Positions 44,539 to 54,765 of a stretch of 64,000 nucleotides of DNA are shown one piece after another; positions within the stretch are counted from its first letter, which is position 1, and each line of letters starts with the position of its first letter. The position numbers and the translations under genes were made by a program. The notes below the pieces were generated by a model. The model did not search any database and was not told the origin of the DNA. It saw only the letters and a list, made by a program, of their open reading frames with translations. Source of the stretch: a virus; IMG/VR virus record IMGVR_UViG_3300045988_117852, positions 75,613 to 139,612 of that record; one strand, 5' to 3'.

Positions 44539-45369
44539 ATGACAATTGAAGAAGTAAAAGATTACATAAACTCGTCTCCAGAGTATGACTTTTTACGAGA
44601 TTATCCTCACAAAATCGCTTTTCTCACGCTAGGTGGAAGTTATGCCTACGGAACAAATACAGAGGATTCTGATATTGATTTACGTGGTGTTTTCCTTAGT
44701 GATAAAAGAGAGATTTTGTTGAATGACAGCACGAAACTGGTGGATACCAAAAAGGATACTGATACGGTAATGTATACATTAAAAAAATATGTCGACCTAT
44801 GTGCTAAAGGTAATCCTACAACATTAGAACTGTTGTATAATCGTCCAGAATGTTATTTGTATATATCTGATATAGGTATGGAACTAATTAAAAATCGAAA
44901 TATGTTTTTATCTAAGAAAATTTGGTATGCATTTGATGGATGTGTAGAGGCTTTGAACGAACAAACTGTCAGAAGTTATGACGCAACTGTTTTAACAGAA
45001 GATCAGATTAATTTGGTAAGGAAAAAGGCTTGCAAGGCTATGATGCATGTAATTAGAGTAATGCATAACGGAACAGCGTTATTGAAAACATCTACAATGC
45101 AAACTTACAATTTTGAACTTCTCAGACGAGCTTTATTATTACTGAGAGATGGAGTTTATTGTAGTAGTATGATGATCAAAGGAAGAGCAACTGATCATAT
45201 ATTCAAACGATTTGTTCCATCTAATGATTTTGGGGAGCTATTTGATGTATTTTATCAAGCTTTTGAAAACGCATTTAAAACTACAACCTTACCAGACGAA
45301 CCAGACTGGAATCGTATTAATGATTTTCTGGCAACAACAAATGAACGAATTGTGAGAGAGATGGTGTGA
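44539..45369 (+). CDS. Pol-beta-superfamily nucleotidyltransferase-fold protein
   Basis: GGSYAYGTNTEDSDIDLRGVF gives the hG[GS]-x11-DxD NTase signature; a helical C-terminal half follows. Confidence 0.5.
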   Translation: MTIEEVKDYINSSPEYDFLRDYPHKIAFLTLGGSYAYGTNTEDSDIDLRGVFLSDKREILLNDSTKLVDTKKDTDTVMYTLKKYVDLCAKGNPTTLELLYNRPECYLYISDIGMELIKNRNMFLSKKIWYAFDGCVEALNEQTVRSYDATVLTEDQINLVRKKACKAMMHVIRVMHNGTALLKTSTMQTYNFELLRRALLLLRDGVYCSSMMIKGRATDHIFKRFVPSNDFGELFDVFYQAFENAFKTTTLPDEPDWNRINDFLATTNERIVREMV

Positions 45370-45370
45370 T

Positions 45371-45640
45371 ATGTATGTAAAGATTGGAGATGAAATTGCT
45401 TTTCATCCTGGTGAATGTTTAGAAGAATTTATTGAATCTTGCAGTATAACTCCTTATCAGCTTGCGAGTAAAATCGGTATGGATGTCGATTATGTGCAAG
45501 GGCTGATTGACGGGTCACAAAGTGTTACAAAAGAATTTGCAAAAGCAATGGCAGATCATTATGGATTTGCTAATGATGGACAGTTTTGGTTAAATTTACA
45601 AGAAACATTTAATAAGAAAGTGGGTGGTAGAGATGTTTAA
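45371..45640 (+). CDS. HigA/VapI-family XRE HTH antitoxin-like protein
   Basis: HPGECLEEFIES…ITPYQLASKIGMDVDYVQGLIDGSQSVTKEFAKAMADHYGF…FWLNLQ is a close match to the HigA consensus (HPGE.L.E.F…….LA..G…..V..L..G……A..L….G….FWLNLQ). Confidence 0.65.
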   Translation: MYVKIGDEIAFHPGECLEEFIESCSITPYQLASKIGMDVDYVQGLIDGSQSVTKEFAKAMADHYGFANDGQFWLNLQETFNKKVGGRDV

Positions 45641-46136
45641 TTTGTTGAAAAGTGATGTAAAATTTGACAAGGAATATACCGTTAAAGAATTTATTGAAGA
45701 AATGATGCAAACAAGAGTTGGGGATTGGGGATATATCAATATTTATGATAATGCGAAGCGTATTGAACAATTAGAATATGATACGGCAGGATATTATGTT
45801 GCATCAGACAATGAAGATCATAAGATTAAAAAGGCATATGCAGTCCGTAGAGGCTCAAGAACGGATTATAATATCTGTATTGAATATCAAAAACAGAAGC
45901 CGAATAAAGTAGCAAAAGGCGCGCTCAGATTTATCGTTAAGAAGCCGAATGGAGAAGAATCAGTAGTTGTTATTTTTAAGAATAAAGCCGATGGCACATA
46001 TTCGTTTGTTAATTTGACAAAAGAGCATATTTGTTCGTGCAAATTTAAGACAATTGAGGAAGCGATTCAGGATATGAATGACCGACTAAAGAAAGGATTG
46101 ATTGAGTCCTATATTGTAAAAGGAGAAAGAAAATAA
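45633..46136 (+). CDS. hypothetical protein
   Basis: ORF. Confidence 0.4.
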   Translation: MFNLLKSDVKFDKEYTVKEFIEEMMQTRVGDWGYINIYDNAKRIEQLEYDTAGYYVASDNEDHKIKKAYAVRRGSRTDYNICIEYQKQKPNKVAKGALRFIVKKPNGEESVVVIFKNKADGTYSFVNLTKEHICSCKFKTIEEAIQDMNDRLKKGLIESYIVKGERK

Positions 46137-46474
46137 TGGATATACATATTGGAGATTTTTGGCAGAATAAATGTAATCCAAAAGTAATTCAGCATGTGGT
46201 TAATTTTTCATTTAGAATGGGTGGAGTCCCAAGTAGTAAAGATATGCTACTGATCTGTGAAGAATTTCATTATACAAAGATAGGTGAGAACCCTACCTCT
46301 GTTAAAGAAGATTCCAGATTCTTCTCACATATTACAGTGGATAATTTTAAAAAGATGAATCAATGTATTCTCAGTGCTGAGAGGATTATGAAAGATACTC
46401 AGGCATTTAAAACAGATAAAGATATTTTGGATTATTTAACAAAGAAAGTGGAGGAGAAATTAAATGCAAAATAA
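46136..46474 (+). CDS. hypothetical protein
   Basis: ORF. Confidence 0.4.
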   Translation: MDIHIGDFWQNKCNPKVIQHVVNFSFRMGGVPSSKDMLLICEEFHYTKIGENPTSVKEDSRFFSHITVDNFKKMNQCILSAERIMKDTQAFKTDKDILDYLTKKVEEKLNAK

Positions 46475-46937
46475 TGTATTTCAGATTTATCTTGCAGGCG
46501 GTATGCAGGATTTATCATTTGAAGAACAGAATACTTGGAGAGAAAGAATTTGCAATCAAATTATTGCTATGCGTAGAATACTTAATGTTAATATGAAAGA
46601 AGTCAACATTATTAACCCCGTTGATTATTACAATTTTCAAACAGAGTTACATGATACAGAAAAAGAAGTAATGAGATTTGATACAAATTTTGTTAGAAAT
46701 AGTGATCTTGTTGTGGTAAATGCGAATGATCCGAAGAGCATTGGTACATCTATGGAGATTGCAATTGCATATGAACGTCATATTCCTGTACTGATTTTGA
46801 ATACAGAAAAGAAAAGATTGCATGCTTGGTGGGTGCAAATGTCTGACAAGATATTTGACGATGAGAAAAAATTATGTACATATATATATGACTTTTATCT
46901 CAGGATGAATCATAGTAGTATTCGAGCATGGGTGTAA
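46464..46937 (+). CDS. nucleoside 2-deoxyribosyltransferase-family protein (dNMP N-glycosidase-like)
   Basis: IYLAGGM N-terminal motif and DLVVVNANDPKSIGTSMEIAIAYERHIPVL match the family core (D.vv…d…s.GT..E.G.A…gkPV). Confidence 0.6.
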   Translation: MQNNVFQIYLAGGMQDLSFEEQNTWRERICNQIIAMRRILNVNMKEVNIINPVDYYNFQTELHDTEKEVMRFDTNFVRNSDLVVVNANDPKSIGTSMEIAIAYERHIPVLILNTEKKRLHAWWVQMSDKIFDDEKKLCTYIYDFYLRMNHSSIRAWV

Positions 46938-47098
46938 ATGCAATGATATAAAATAGGAATTTGAGGCAAAATGAAAGGAGTTGAATCACTATCACGGCAG
47001 AGAAACAAGGCAAGTTTATTATTTTCCATCTGGATGATGGTAAAACTTGTAAATATGATTTATCAAATGGTGATTGCTATGGCAAAAGTGGTAAGAAA

Positions 47099-48133
47099 GT
47101 GAAAGCTTTAAATAATATTCTGTCTGGGCATTCGGCTGATGAATTGGATAAATTATTTGTGTCCGATCCACATTATGCAGAGTTTTTAAAATATGTAAAC
47201 TGGCGAAAAAATTGTGAAATGGGAAGAACTACATGGGGCTTCATTGATTATAATTTAGGAACATTGTTTAAATATGCAAGTAAATATTCGGTATGTGAAC
47301 AGTTCTTTGCTATAGGATTTACACATAAACAAGTCACAGAAGATTTTAAATATTCAATCAATGAAGTACCAAAATGGTTAAGAAATTATTGTCTTGGTGT
47401 GAAGAATAGACGATTGTTAAGTAATGATTTTGTTGATTTTTATAAGATGTATCCAGATTATGTACAAAAGATTTTACAGACAGAGTATATGACATTAACT
47501 AAAGAATATTTAATAAATTTCTTCGAGGATAATCATAGATATCGTTTTACGAAAATTTTGGAGGCTTTAAATCAGGATTATGGCTATAATCTTGCAGATG
47601 TGTTTGTTTATATAGATAGAATAATTACATTTGAAGCTGCTACCAATAGTATAAATTGGTTACTCGGAGAATTGCGTGATTATGCCCGTATGATGGACAC
47701 AATCAGTCATAAATTTGATAGATATCCAAGACATTTCAAAACAACAATGGATATTGTCACAAGAAATTACAAAAGATTGCAAAAAGAATTTTCGGAAGAA
47801 GTCTTTAAGAACCGTATTAACAAAGAATACGAATTTACATATAAAGGACTGAGATTCTTTTATCCAGATTCTACTCAAGACATTAAAGACGAAGCGGTGC
47901 AGCAAAATAATTGTGTGGCAAGTTACATAGATCGAGTCATTGATGGCGAATGCCATATTATGTTCTTGAGAAGAGTAAAAGAACCAAACAAATCGTTAGT
48001 GACGATTGAAATACAAAATGGACGAATCGTACAAGCACTGCAAAGATTCAATGATCCTCTAACTGCCGATCAACAAGAAGCGGTTGATGCATGGAATAAA
48101 CATTTTAGTAAGAAAGGTAAGGTGGCAGCATGA
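47099..48133 (+). CDS. PcfJ-like domain protein
   Basis: The C-terminal NNCVASYIDRVIDGECHIMFLRR…SLVTIEI resembles the PcfJ family core. GTG start as called. Confidence 0.4.
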   Translation: MKALNNILSGHSADELDKLFVSDPHYAEFLKYVNWRKNCEMGRTTWGFIDYNLGTLFKYASKYSVCEQFFAIGFTHKQVTEDFKYSINEVPKWLRNYCLGVKNRRLLSNDFVDFYKMYPDYVQKILQTEYMTLTKEYLINFFEDNHRYRFTKILEALNQDYGYNLADVFVYIDRIITFEAATNSINWLLGELRDYARMMDTISHKFDRYPRHFKTTMDIVTRNYKRLQKEFSEEVFKNRINKEYEFTYKGLRFFYPDSTQDIKDEAVQQNNCVASYIDRVIDGECHIMFLRRVKEPNKSLVTIEIQNGRIVQALQRFNDPLTADQQEAVDAWNKHFSKKGKVAA

Positions 48134-48666
48134 TTAATATTAATGAATTGACAACAGATCATAAGATTAAATTAAAGAAACCAATGGGATGCTTCGATAA
48201 TCTTGGCGAGGTATGTGAGATTGTTAAGATTGATACAGATGAAAATGTTATTAATTTTAGATTTGGTGTAGATGGAGTACATCTTGGCGTGATGTCAGGA
48301 GATGAATTGGAAAAATATTTTGATGTTATTGAACCAACTGTTATTCCTGATGATTATGAGTGGCATCCATATGGTTTTATTGACGGATATCAGGTTGAAT
48401 ATCGGGCGGATGTCAATGGAGGAATTCATATGAGCATTGGTTATAATGGATCAATTATTTCAGTTTCATATAACCATCCAGAAATTGGATATCGTACAAT
48501 TCAAAATGGACAGCAGGGTAAATTTTATGAAAATGATTTAAAGGTTGCATTTTTCAAATTACAGAAATCATATTATGATCAATTATATAAAGATGTTCAC
48601 TATGAAGTTGAATCTGAGTATTTTGCTAAGAGAGACGAATGTGGTCTTGAGCTTAATGAATGGTAG
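48130..48666 (+). CDS. hypothetical protein
   Basis: ORF. Confidence 0.4.
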   Translation: MININELTTDHKIKLKKPMGCFDNLGEVCEIVKIDTDENVINFRFGVDGVHLGVMSGDELEKYFDVIEPTVIPDDYEWHPYGFIDGYQVEYRADVNGGIHMSIGYNGSIISVSYNHPEIGYRTIQNGQQGKFYENDLKVAFFKLQKSYYDQLYKDVHYEVESEYFAKRDECGLELNEW

Positions 48667-48674
48667 AAGTAACT

Positions 48675-48893
48675 ATGAAGGATGTAAAATTGATAATCCA
48701 ATTAGCAAGTATTCTCATAGCATGTGTCGTTTATGTTGGAATATGGTGCTGGATTTATGACAATAGAGATGAATACTTATATATATCATATCCAAAAGGG
48801 ATTCCTGGAAGATTCTTGAGTATGTTCTCTCAAATATGGTGTGTTATACATATTGTTGGTGCTATAGGTGCAATTATATGGGCTTGGTGTTAG
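48675..48893 (+). CDS. small membrane protein (two TM helices)
   Basis: LIIQLASILIACVVYVGIWCW and IVGAIGAIIWAWC are hydrophobic helices. Confidence 0.4.
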   Translation: MKDVKLIIQLASILIACVVYVGIWCWIYDNRDEYLYISYPKGIPGRFLSMFSQIWCVIHIVGAIGAIIWAWC

Positions 48894-48909
48894 AAAGAGG
48901 TGATGTAAA

Positions 48910-49296
48910 ATGTGCGATTTTAAGGTTGGAGATAAGGTGTATTTTGCTTGGTATGATGAACCATATACTGTTAAGTCTGGAATCATTACGGAGATTAAAT
49001 GTCTTGGCGATCTAATATATATAATGATACAAGACAGTATAACGCATGGTTTATATATGGTTCTTTTAGAAGAGATATATCGCACTGAATCAGAAATAAA
49101 AGCGGTTCTAAAACGAGAGTTTTATGCCAAGGTAAATGAAGTCAAAAAAGATATTCATACCTTAGAAGAGTTACTAAAATTCATGTACAATAATGATCTT
49201 ACAATTGATGAAGATGATGGATATTGTGTTTGTGAAGAACGTGTTGCGGTAAGAGAACTGGCGAAAGAAATTTGTGGGATTGAGTTAGGAGAGTAA
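48910..49296 (+). CDS. hypothetical protein
   Basis: ORF. Confidence 0.4.
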   Translation: MCDFKVGDKVYFAWYDEPYTVKSGIITEIKCLGDLIYIMIQDSITHGLYMVLLEEIYRTESEIKAVLKREFYAKVNEVKKDIHTLEELLKFMYNNDLTIDEDDGYCVCEERVAVRELAKEICGIELGE

Positions 49297-49301
49297 TGTA
49301 G

Positions 49302-49943
49302 ATGGAGAAGAAACTTTTGTGCGCATATTGTCGAAAGCTAGTTGATTATGAACTTGAAACAAGGTTTACAATTGTTCCAATGATAGGTGAAAGAATTTCG
49401 TTTGCAGAGACATATGGTATTTGTAAGATTTGTGGAAGGGAAATTTTTATTCCAGAGGTACATGATCATAACATAGAAGCTATGGACAGAGTATATCGGA
49501 TTATAAAAGAGCGAAAGGGGAATTTAGCAATGAATCAAACCTATCAAAATTGTGGTATATACTGCAAGGCACAGAATTATGATACTAATAAGTGGATTAC
49601 TGGGACATACATCGGTAAAGGATGGTTATTATTCCCAAGATGTGAACCAGCAGACCATAGTGGTATGTATGGGTGTCAAGTAAAAGAAGATACCATTTGT
49701 CAATCAACTGGCAGAGAAAATGAATTCGAATATGATGTTGTACAATTGGTTGATGATGACGAAGACGTATATTTGATTATTTATAATGATGAAGATTTGG
49801 CGTGGCAGATGTTATCTGTTTATGGTTCTGATATGATTGATTTAGGAGAAATTAAACCAGATCAATATGTGAAACTTGGCAATATCAAAGAAGATGATTA
49901 TTGGAGAAAGGAATGGGAAAGACAGAGTGAAAAAAGAAAATAA
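49302..49943 (+). CDS. zinc-ribbon-containing protein
   Basis: CAYCRK…CKICGRE. Confidence 0.4.
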   Translation: MEKKLLCAYCRKLVDYELETRFTIVPMIGERISFAETYGICKICGREIFIPEVHDHNIEAMDRVYRIIKERKGNLAMNQTYQNCGIYCKAQNYDTNKWITGTYIGKGWLLFPRCEPADHSGMYGCQVKEDTICQSTGRENEFEYDVVQLVDDDEDVYLIIYNDEDLAWQMLSVYGSDMIDLGEIKPDQYVKLGNIKEDDYWRKEWERQSEKRK

Positions 49944-50385
49944 TAAAGTATTTACATACGGGCAGTTAGAAGAATTAAGAAATAGTTTAGCACTTTCAAT
50001 AGGCGAGGTTGAATCATCAAATAAGCAAGATCATATACTTCGAAAATATTATAATATATGTAGTTTACTTGATACGTTTCAACTGACGAAACCGCTAGTT
50101 GATGAACTAAAACGTCATCCGATTGCAGCGAGATATTTTGTTTTGTCGTTATGGAACGAATTGGTGGATTCGTGTCTTAATGCGTGCGATACATTGACTG
50201 TGAATGATATAGAGAATCGAGATTCCGAAAAGCTACTATCTACTAAAACCAATGCGGCACAGTACATCCATGTATTAAATGATATGATTTCCATAAATGA
50301 TTATACAACAATTCAAGATGAGGCGTTGCAGTTTGCAATTGATACAATTAAGGAGAAATATAATGGAGAAAGAAAAGAAAAGTAA
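49876..50385 (+). CDS. hypothetical protein (start uncertain; overlaps the upstream gene)
   Basis: The ORF extends 5' into the previous gene; the true start may be GTG 49927. Confidence 0.3.
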   Translation: MAISKKMIIGERNGKDRVKKENNKVFTYGQLEELRNSLALSIGEVESSNKQDHILRKYYNICSLLDTFQLTKPLVDELKRHPIAARYFVLSLWNELVDSCLNACDTLTVNDIENRDSEKLLSTKTNAAQYIHVLNDMISINDYTTIQDEALQFAIDTIKEKYNGERKEK

Positions 50386-50596
50386 ATTACATACGCCAAA
50401 AGAAATTTTAAATGCACTGCATGTGATTCAGGATACGTGCGAATACCATCTTGATGGAGCAGACGAAGATTGTAAAGCCTGTCCTTTATGCACGATGATG
50501 GGCGAAGCCCCGACTTGTACCCCTAGAGACCTTGACCCTTGTAATTGGGAAATTGATGATGATCCAGATACTATATGGCGAGCATTCAAGAAGTAG
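50363..50596 (+). CDS. small Cys-rich protein
   Basis: CKACPLC…C..C cluster. Confidence 0.35.
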   Translation: MEKEKKSKLHTPKEILNALHVIQDTCEYHLDGADEDCKACPLCTMMGEAPTCTPRDLDPCNWEIDDDPDTIWRAFKK

Positions 50597-50607
50597 GAGG
50601 TGATATT

Positions 50608-50850
50608 GTGAGCGAGAAAAATTATAAAGAGTATACACCTGATGAGATATATGATGCTTTAAGCGTAGTTCAAAATATCTGTAAGGCAAACAGAGTTCAT
50701 GATATGGGAAGTAGAAGTGTCGATTATGAGAATTGCTTAAATTGTGATTTTTATAATGTAGTTAGAGGTTGCAGGGTAAGAGTTTCATTACCGAAATATT
50801 GGAAGCTAAATGCTCCACCCAGAGAATGGGAACCATTTGTTCATGATTAA
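50608..50850 (+). CDS. small Cys-rich protein
   Basis: GTG start after GTAGGAGGTG RBS; C..C…C cluster. Confidence 0.35.
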   Translation: MSEKNYKEYTPDEIYDALSVVQNICKANRVHDMGSRSVDYENCLNCDFYNVVRGCRVRVSLPKYWKLNAPPREWEPFVHD

Positions 50851-50879
50851 CACATAAACACAAGTAAATAAAGGAGAAA

Positions 50880-51419
50880 ATGTCGTTGAAATTAAATGAC
50901 GAACAGAGAAAATTGGTAGAACAAAATCATAATTTGATTTACTCTGCTATGACAAAATGCGGTATCCGCAGACAAGATTTTGATGACTATTATGGATTCG
51001 CTGCCATTGGGTTGTGTAAGGCAGCAATTGATTATGATGAATCCAAAGCTAAATCATTCTCTACATATGCATATAAATGTATGCAAAAAGAAATTATAGC
51101 ATATACTCGATGGAGATTTGCAGATAAAAGAGATGAACGACTTACCTTATCGTACAATCAGTTAATGAATGATTTAGATGAAGACGAAAAAGAATATTCT
51201 TTTTTGTTAGCTGATAAAAAAAATAATGAAAAAAAATTAATTTTCTTTTTGTGTTTTGATGAGCAAATGCGAATACTAAATAATAAGGACAGGTTAATTA
51301 TTAATTTAAAGGCAAAAGGGTATACGAACGAAGAAATAGGAAATACCCTTGGTGTTACATATCAAGCAATTCAATATCAATTGAAAAAAATTAAAAATAA
51401 ATTAATCCCATCCTTATAA
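50880..51419 (+). CDS. sigma-70-family RNA polymerase sigma factor (second copy)
   Basis: Region-2 YGFAAIGLCKAAIDYDESKAKSFSTYAYKCM and region-4 HTH YTNEEIGNTLGVTYQAIQYQL. Same architecture as 43992..44525. Confidence 0.6.
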   Translation: MSLKLNDEQRKLVEQNHNLIYSAMTKCGIRRQDFDDYYGFAAIGLCKAAIDYDESKAKSFSTYAYKCMQKEIIAYTRWRFADKRDERLTLSYNQLMNDLDEDEKEYSFLLADKKNNEKKLIFFLCFDEQMRILNNKDRLIINLKAKGYTNEEIGNTLGVTYQAIQYQLKKIKNKLIPSL

Positions 51420-51629
51420 TTTCAAAAAAGCTTTTTGCTTTTATTATTTTTTTGACGCATTTGTTATAAACGTACTAGAACGATTATAGCAATGTAAGAC
51501 GATCAGATAAAATTATTTTTTTGTTCCTGTTGGCTTTGGCAGAGTTGACAGTGGATATAAATTGATGACTTATTCACAAACTAAAAACTAACTAAACAAA
51601 TTTAATAACAAGAGGAGGAATTCTATTTA

Positions 51630-52874
51630 ATGAATTTTGAAATGACAGGGAAACTCAGCATTAGCAAGGACACAGAAAAATTTCACCCTTACAGTGAGAC
51701 AAAATATGAAAAGTCAGGCTGGGTACGAAGAAGACTGTTATTTAATGTGACATGCGGTGACAGTAGACATATGTTAACTGTTGATGCAGGAAGTTTCGAA
51801 GATGGACACGGTGATGTCTATACATATTCCAAACCAGAATACGACCCAAGTGGTAAGAAAATCAAAGATGGAGAAAAAATTCAGATTCCTTTTAAAGACA
51901 GATTAACATCTCCAAAACTGGAAGAAGTATCAGATTTCAGAAAATTTGTTTTTGATTTAGAAAAACCAGGAAGAAGATACAAATTAAAAAATGCTTTAGA
52001 AAAAATCAAAGAAGGTAAAGATCTTACAGATAAAGATCTTGCAGAAGTTGGATTAACATCTGTAGACGAACTTGAAAAAGAGTATGAGAAGAGTAAGAAG
52101 AGACATCATGAATTTATTTCTGAATGGGACTATGCAGAATTTATCAAAAAGGTCATTGACAGTGGTAAATATGATGATTGCAATTTCCATATCAGAGGAC
52201 GTGGAGATTATTCATATTCCGACGATAAAGAAAGATTTTATGAGAATCTAATTCCTAACAGAATTTATCTTGCAGCAGATGATGATGAACCATATTCTAC
52301 AGCAACAATGAGTTTTGTATTTGGAGCTGAGAGCTTAGACGAAACAAGTGTTGAGGAAGACGGTAAATATTACGTTAATGGATTTGTCTTTGAATACATC
52401 CAGAGCAGAAAGAAAAAATTAGCCGTTCCAACAACAGTTGTTATTCCAGTTCCTGATAAAGAAAAAGACGAAAGCGGATACAAGAAGGCTAATGGCTTAA
52501 AGAGAAAATTCATTGTCGACGATGAAGACAAATACATGGAATATGGCATTGTCGTAGATATGATCAATGGTTCTCAGCGTGTAGAACTTACAGAGGACAT
52601 GCTCTCAGAAGAACAGAGAGATGATCTTGAATGTGGAATCATTACTATGGAAGAGATTCAAAAGGCGATTGGCGGAAGTGCTTATGGAGATAAAGTCAAA
52701 GAGTATCAGTTAATTAAACCATCACGCAACGGTATTAAAGAGGGCGTTCAGGACACGGTTTATACAGCAGAAGATATGGAAGTACCTGCATTAGAGATTG
52801 ACGAGAACGAAGATTTATTCTCAGAAGAATCAATCGATAACGATAATGATGACGACGATGACTTATTCGATTAG
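51630..52874 (+). CDS. putative single-stranded DNA-binding protein with acidic C-terminal tail
   Basis: Ends in …DNDNDDDDDLFD, an SSB-type acidic tip. Located at the head of the replication module; the N-terminus is β-rich. Confidence 0.4.
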   Translation: MNFEMTGKLSISKDTEKFHPYSETKYEKSGWVRRRLLFNVTCGDSRHMLTVDAGSFEDGHGDVYTYSKPEYDPSGKKIKDGEKIQIPFKDRLTSPKLEEVSDFRKFVFDLEKPGRRYKLKNALEKIKEGKDLTDKDLAEVGLTSVDELEKEYEKSKKRHHEFISEWDYAEFIKKVIDSGKYDDCNFHIRGRGDYSYSDDKERFYENLIPNRIYLAADDDEPYSTATMSFVFGAESLDETSVEEDGKYYVNGFVFEYIQSRKKKLAVPTTVVIPVPDKEKDESGYKKANGLKRKFIVDDEDKYMEYGIVVDMINGSQRVELTEDMLSEEQRDDLECGIITMEEIQKAIGGSAYGDKVKEYQLIKPSRNGIKEGVQDTVYTAEDMEVPALEIDENEDLFSEESIDNDNDDDDDLFD

Positions 52875-52952
52875 AGTTTAGAGCTTTTAGCTCTTTACTC
52901 GCTTGATGATTTATAAAACAAAATACTGTCTTTAAAAGGAGAAATTATACAT

Positions 52953-54161
52953 ATGGAATTACCAGTAATTAACGAAATTAAACCAGATATTAAAAACCTG
53001 TCAATCTATCTTAGATCAATTAAAAAGTTTGGAAAGACTACATTATTCAGAGATGTAATTATTGCAAAATATGGGGATCCGTCATGTGGACTTCTCGTAC
53101 AGTGTGGATTTGAAAAAGGAACAAAGATGTTAGATAACATCAACACTCTGCGTATTACATCTTATGAAGATGCGATCGAACTTAAAGAATACTTAATTAA
53201 CAAAAGAGTATTCAAGAGAGATAAATCTGGCAAGATTGTCCGTAACGAAAAGAGAAAACCAGAATACATCCCAGTAAAACACAATATTCAGATGGTTTGC
53301 TTTGATACAGTTGATGAAATTTGCCCATTGTTTGAAGAAGAAACAATCAGAATCAGCAATAAAGAAGGACAGAAAAAATGTAAAACTATCAACGCTGCAA
53401 TGGGTGGTTATCAGGCAGGACAGAGATACACAGCTGATATGATCAAAGCCTACATGGGTGATATTGAAGATGCTGGTATCGGTGTTTGGGGAATTGCTCA
53501 TACAAAATTCAAGACTATCAGAGAAAAAGGTGGCTTAGAAGAAGATGGATATCAGCAGTTAACATCTAATCTTGTAAGTGCTTATGAATCTGCTTTTGGT
53601 GATATCTTTGATGTAACTTTCACTGGTGTAATTGACAGAAATGTTGAAGTCAGAGGTGAAGGTGATAAAGCTAAGAGATATGCTACAGATGAAATTAGAA
53701 AACTTTATTTCCGTGGAACAACATTAATTGATGCTGGTGGTAGATTTGCTTCTGATGCAGTTCCTGAATATATGGTATTTGACAAAGGAAATATGGGAGA
53801 AGATTTCATTGAAGTGGTAGAAGACGGAATGGAGAAATCTAAAACAGTTCTTTCTAAAAAAACTAAAAAGCCAACTCCTCAGCCAGAACCAGAAGATGAG
53901 ATCGAGGAAGACATCGATGATATTATTGAAGATGATATTACAGAAGCTGACGAAGATTTAATGGAAGATGTTATTGATGATATTGATGAAGATACATCAG
54001 ACAACTATCCAGAAGATTTAAGAGAACATGTAAAAGAGTTGTGTAAAACTTGTGAAGACGCAGAATTAAAAACAAAAGTCAAAGGAATCATTAAGCAGTA
54101 TGGAAAACTTAGTGAAGTCGACGATGATGGATTAAAAGAAATGTATGATCTGCTGAAATAG
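52953..54161 (+). CDS. RecA-fold ATPase (AAA_24/Sak4-like recombination-replication protein), tentative
   Basis: P-loop-like IKKFGKTTLF near the N-terminus. The C-terminal third is very acidic (EDEIEEDIDDIIEDDITEADEDL). Confidence 0.35.
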   Translation: MELPVINEIKPDIKNLSIYLRSIKKFGKTTLFRDVIIAKYGDPSCGLLVQCGFEKGTKMLDNINTLRITSYEDAIELKEYLINKRVFKRDKSGKIVRNEKRKPEYIPVKHNIQMVCFDTVDEICPLFEEETIRISNKEGQKKCKTINAAMGGYQAGQRYTADMIKAYMGDIEDAGIGVWGIAHTKFKTIREKGGLEEDGYQQLTSNLVSAYESAFGDIFDVTFTGVIDRNVEVRGEGDKAKRYATDEIRKLYFRGTTLIDAGGRFASDAVPEYMVFDKGNMGEDFIEVVEDGMEKSKTVLSKKTKKPTPQPEPEDEIEEDIDDIIEDDITEADEDLMEDVIDDIDEDTSDNYPEDLREHVKELCKTCEDAELKTKVKGIIKQYGKLSEVDDDGLKEMYDLLK

Positions 54162-54172
54162 GAGTCTGAGCA

Positions 54173-54709
54173 ATGCTTGTAAAATGTAGAATTTGCGGCA
54201 CAAAAGTAGACAGAAACGAAGCTTTTAAAGTAGCAGTAGAAGGTAAACCAAATGCCTACTACTGCTCAGAAGCTGAGTATAACAAAATGATGGAAAACCG
54301 CAAAAATAGGAATGATACATATTATTGTATTTATGATATTTTCGGATATACGGTAACGAACACTGTATTAAATAAGGAAGTAAATGCTCTTGGCAAGATT
54401 TACGGATTTAAACTGATATTAGAATACTTGCATGACAATCAAGAATATTTAACAAGAATTGTTGGGAGAGAATACAATAGCGAATTTGCTAAGATTAAAT
54501 ATTTTTCAGCAATTTTAAAAAATAGTCTGGTTGATTATAGGGACTCAGACGATGGAGTTCCACAGAGACAACAGGCTATTGTCAAACATCATGTTGTAAG
54601 CAAGCAGATCAATGAAAATATCGGAGCTGAAAAAACTAAATACAAGAAGAAAAAGAAATCTCGTAGATGTATTAACGATATTTTGACGGAAGTTGGTGAG
54701 AAAGAATAG
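54173..54709 (+). CDS. zinc-ribbon protein
   Basis: CRICGTK…YYCSEAEY. Confidence 0.35.
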   Translation: MLVKCRICGTKVDRNEAFKVAVEGKPNAYYCSEAEYNKMMENRKNRNDTYYCIYDIFGYTVTNTVLNKEVNALGKIYGFKLILEYLHDNQEYLTRIVGREYNSEFAKIKYFSAILKNSLVDYRDSDDGVPQRQQAIVKHHVVSKQINENIGAEKTKYKKKKKSRRCINDILTEVGEKE

Positions 54710-54765
54710 CAGATTTTGTTGCAGGAGTTAAAGACAAATATCCGTCAAAATTATTAAAAGGTCGT

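Noticed and set aside
51421-51445. Terminator call at AAAAAGCTTTTTGCTTTT after the second sigma gene
   Set aside because: The sequence is a short self-complementary A/T tract with almost no stable stem. Not convincing as an intrinsic terminator.
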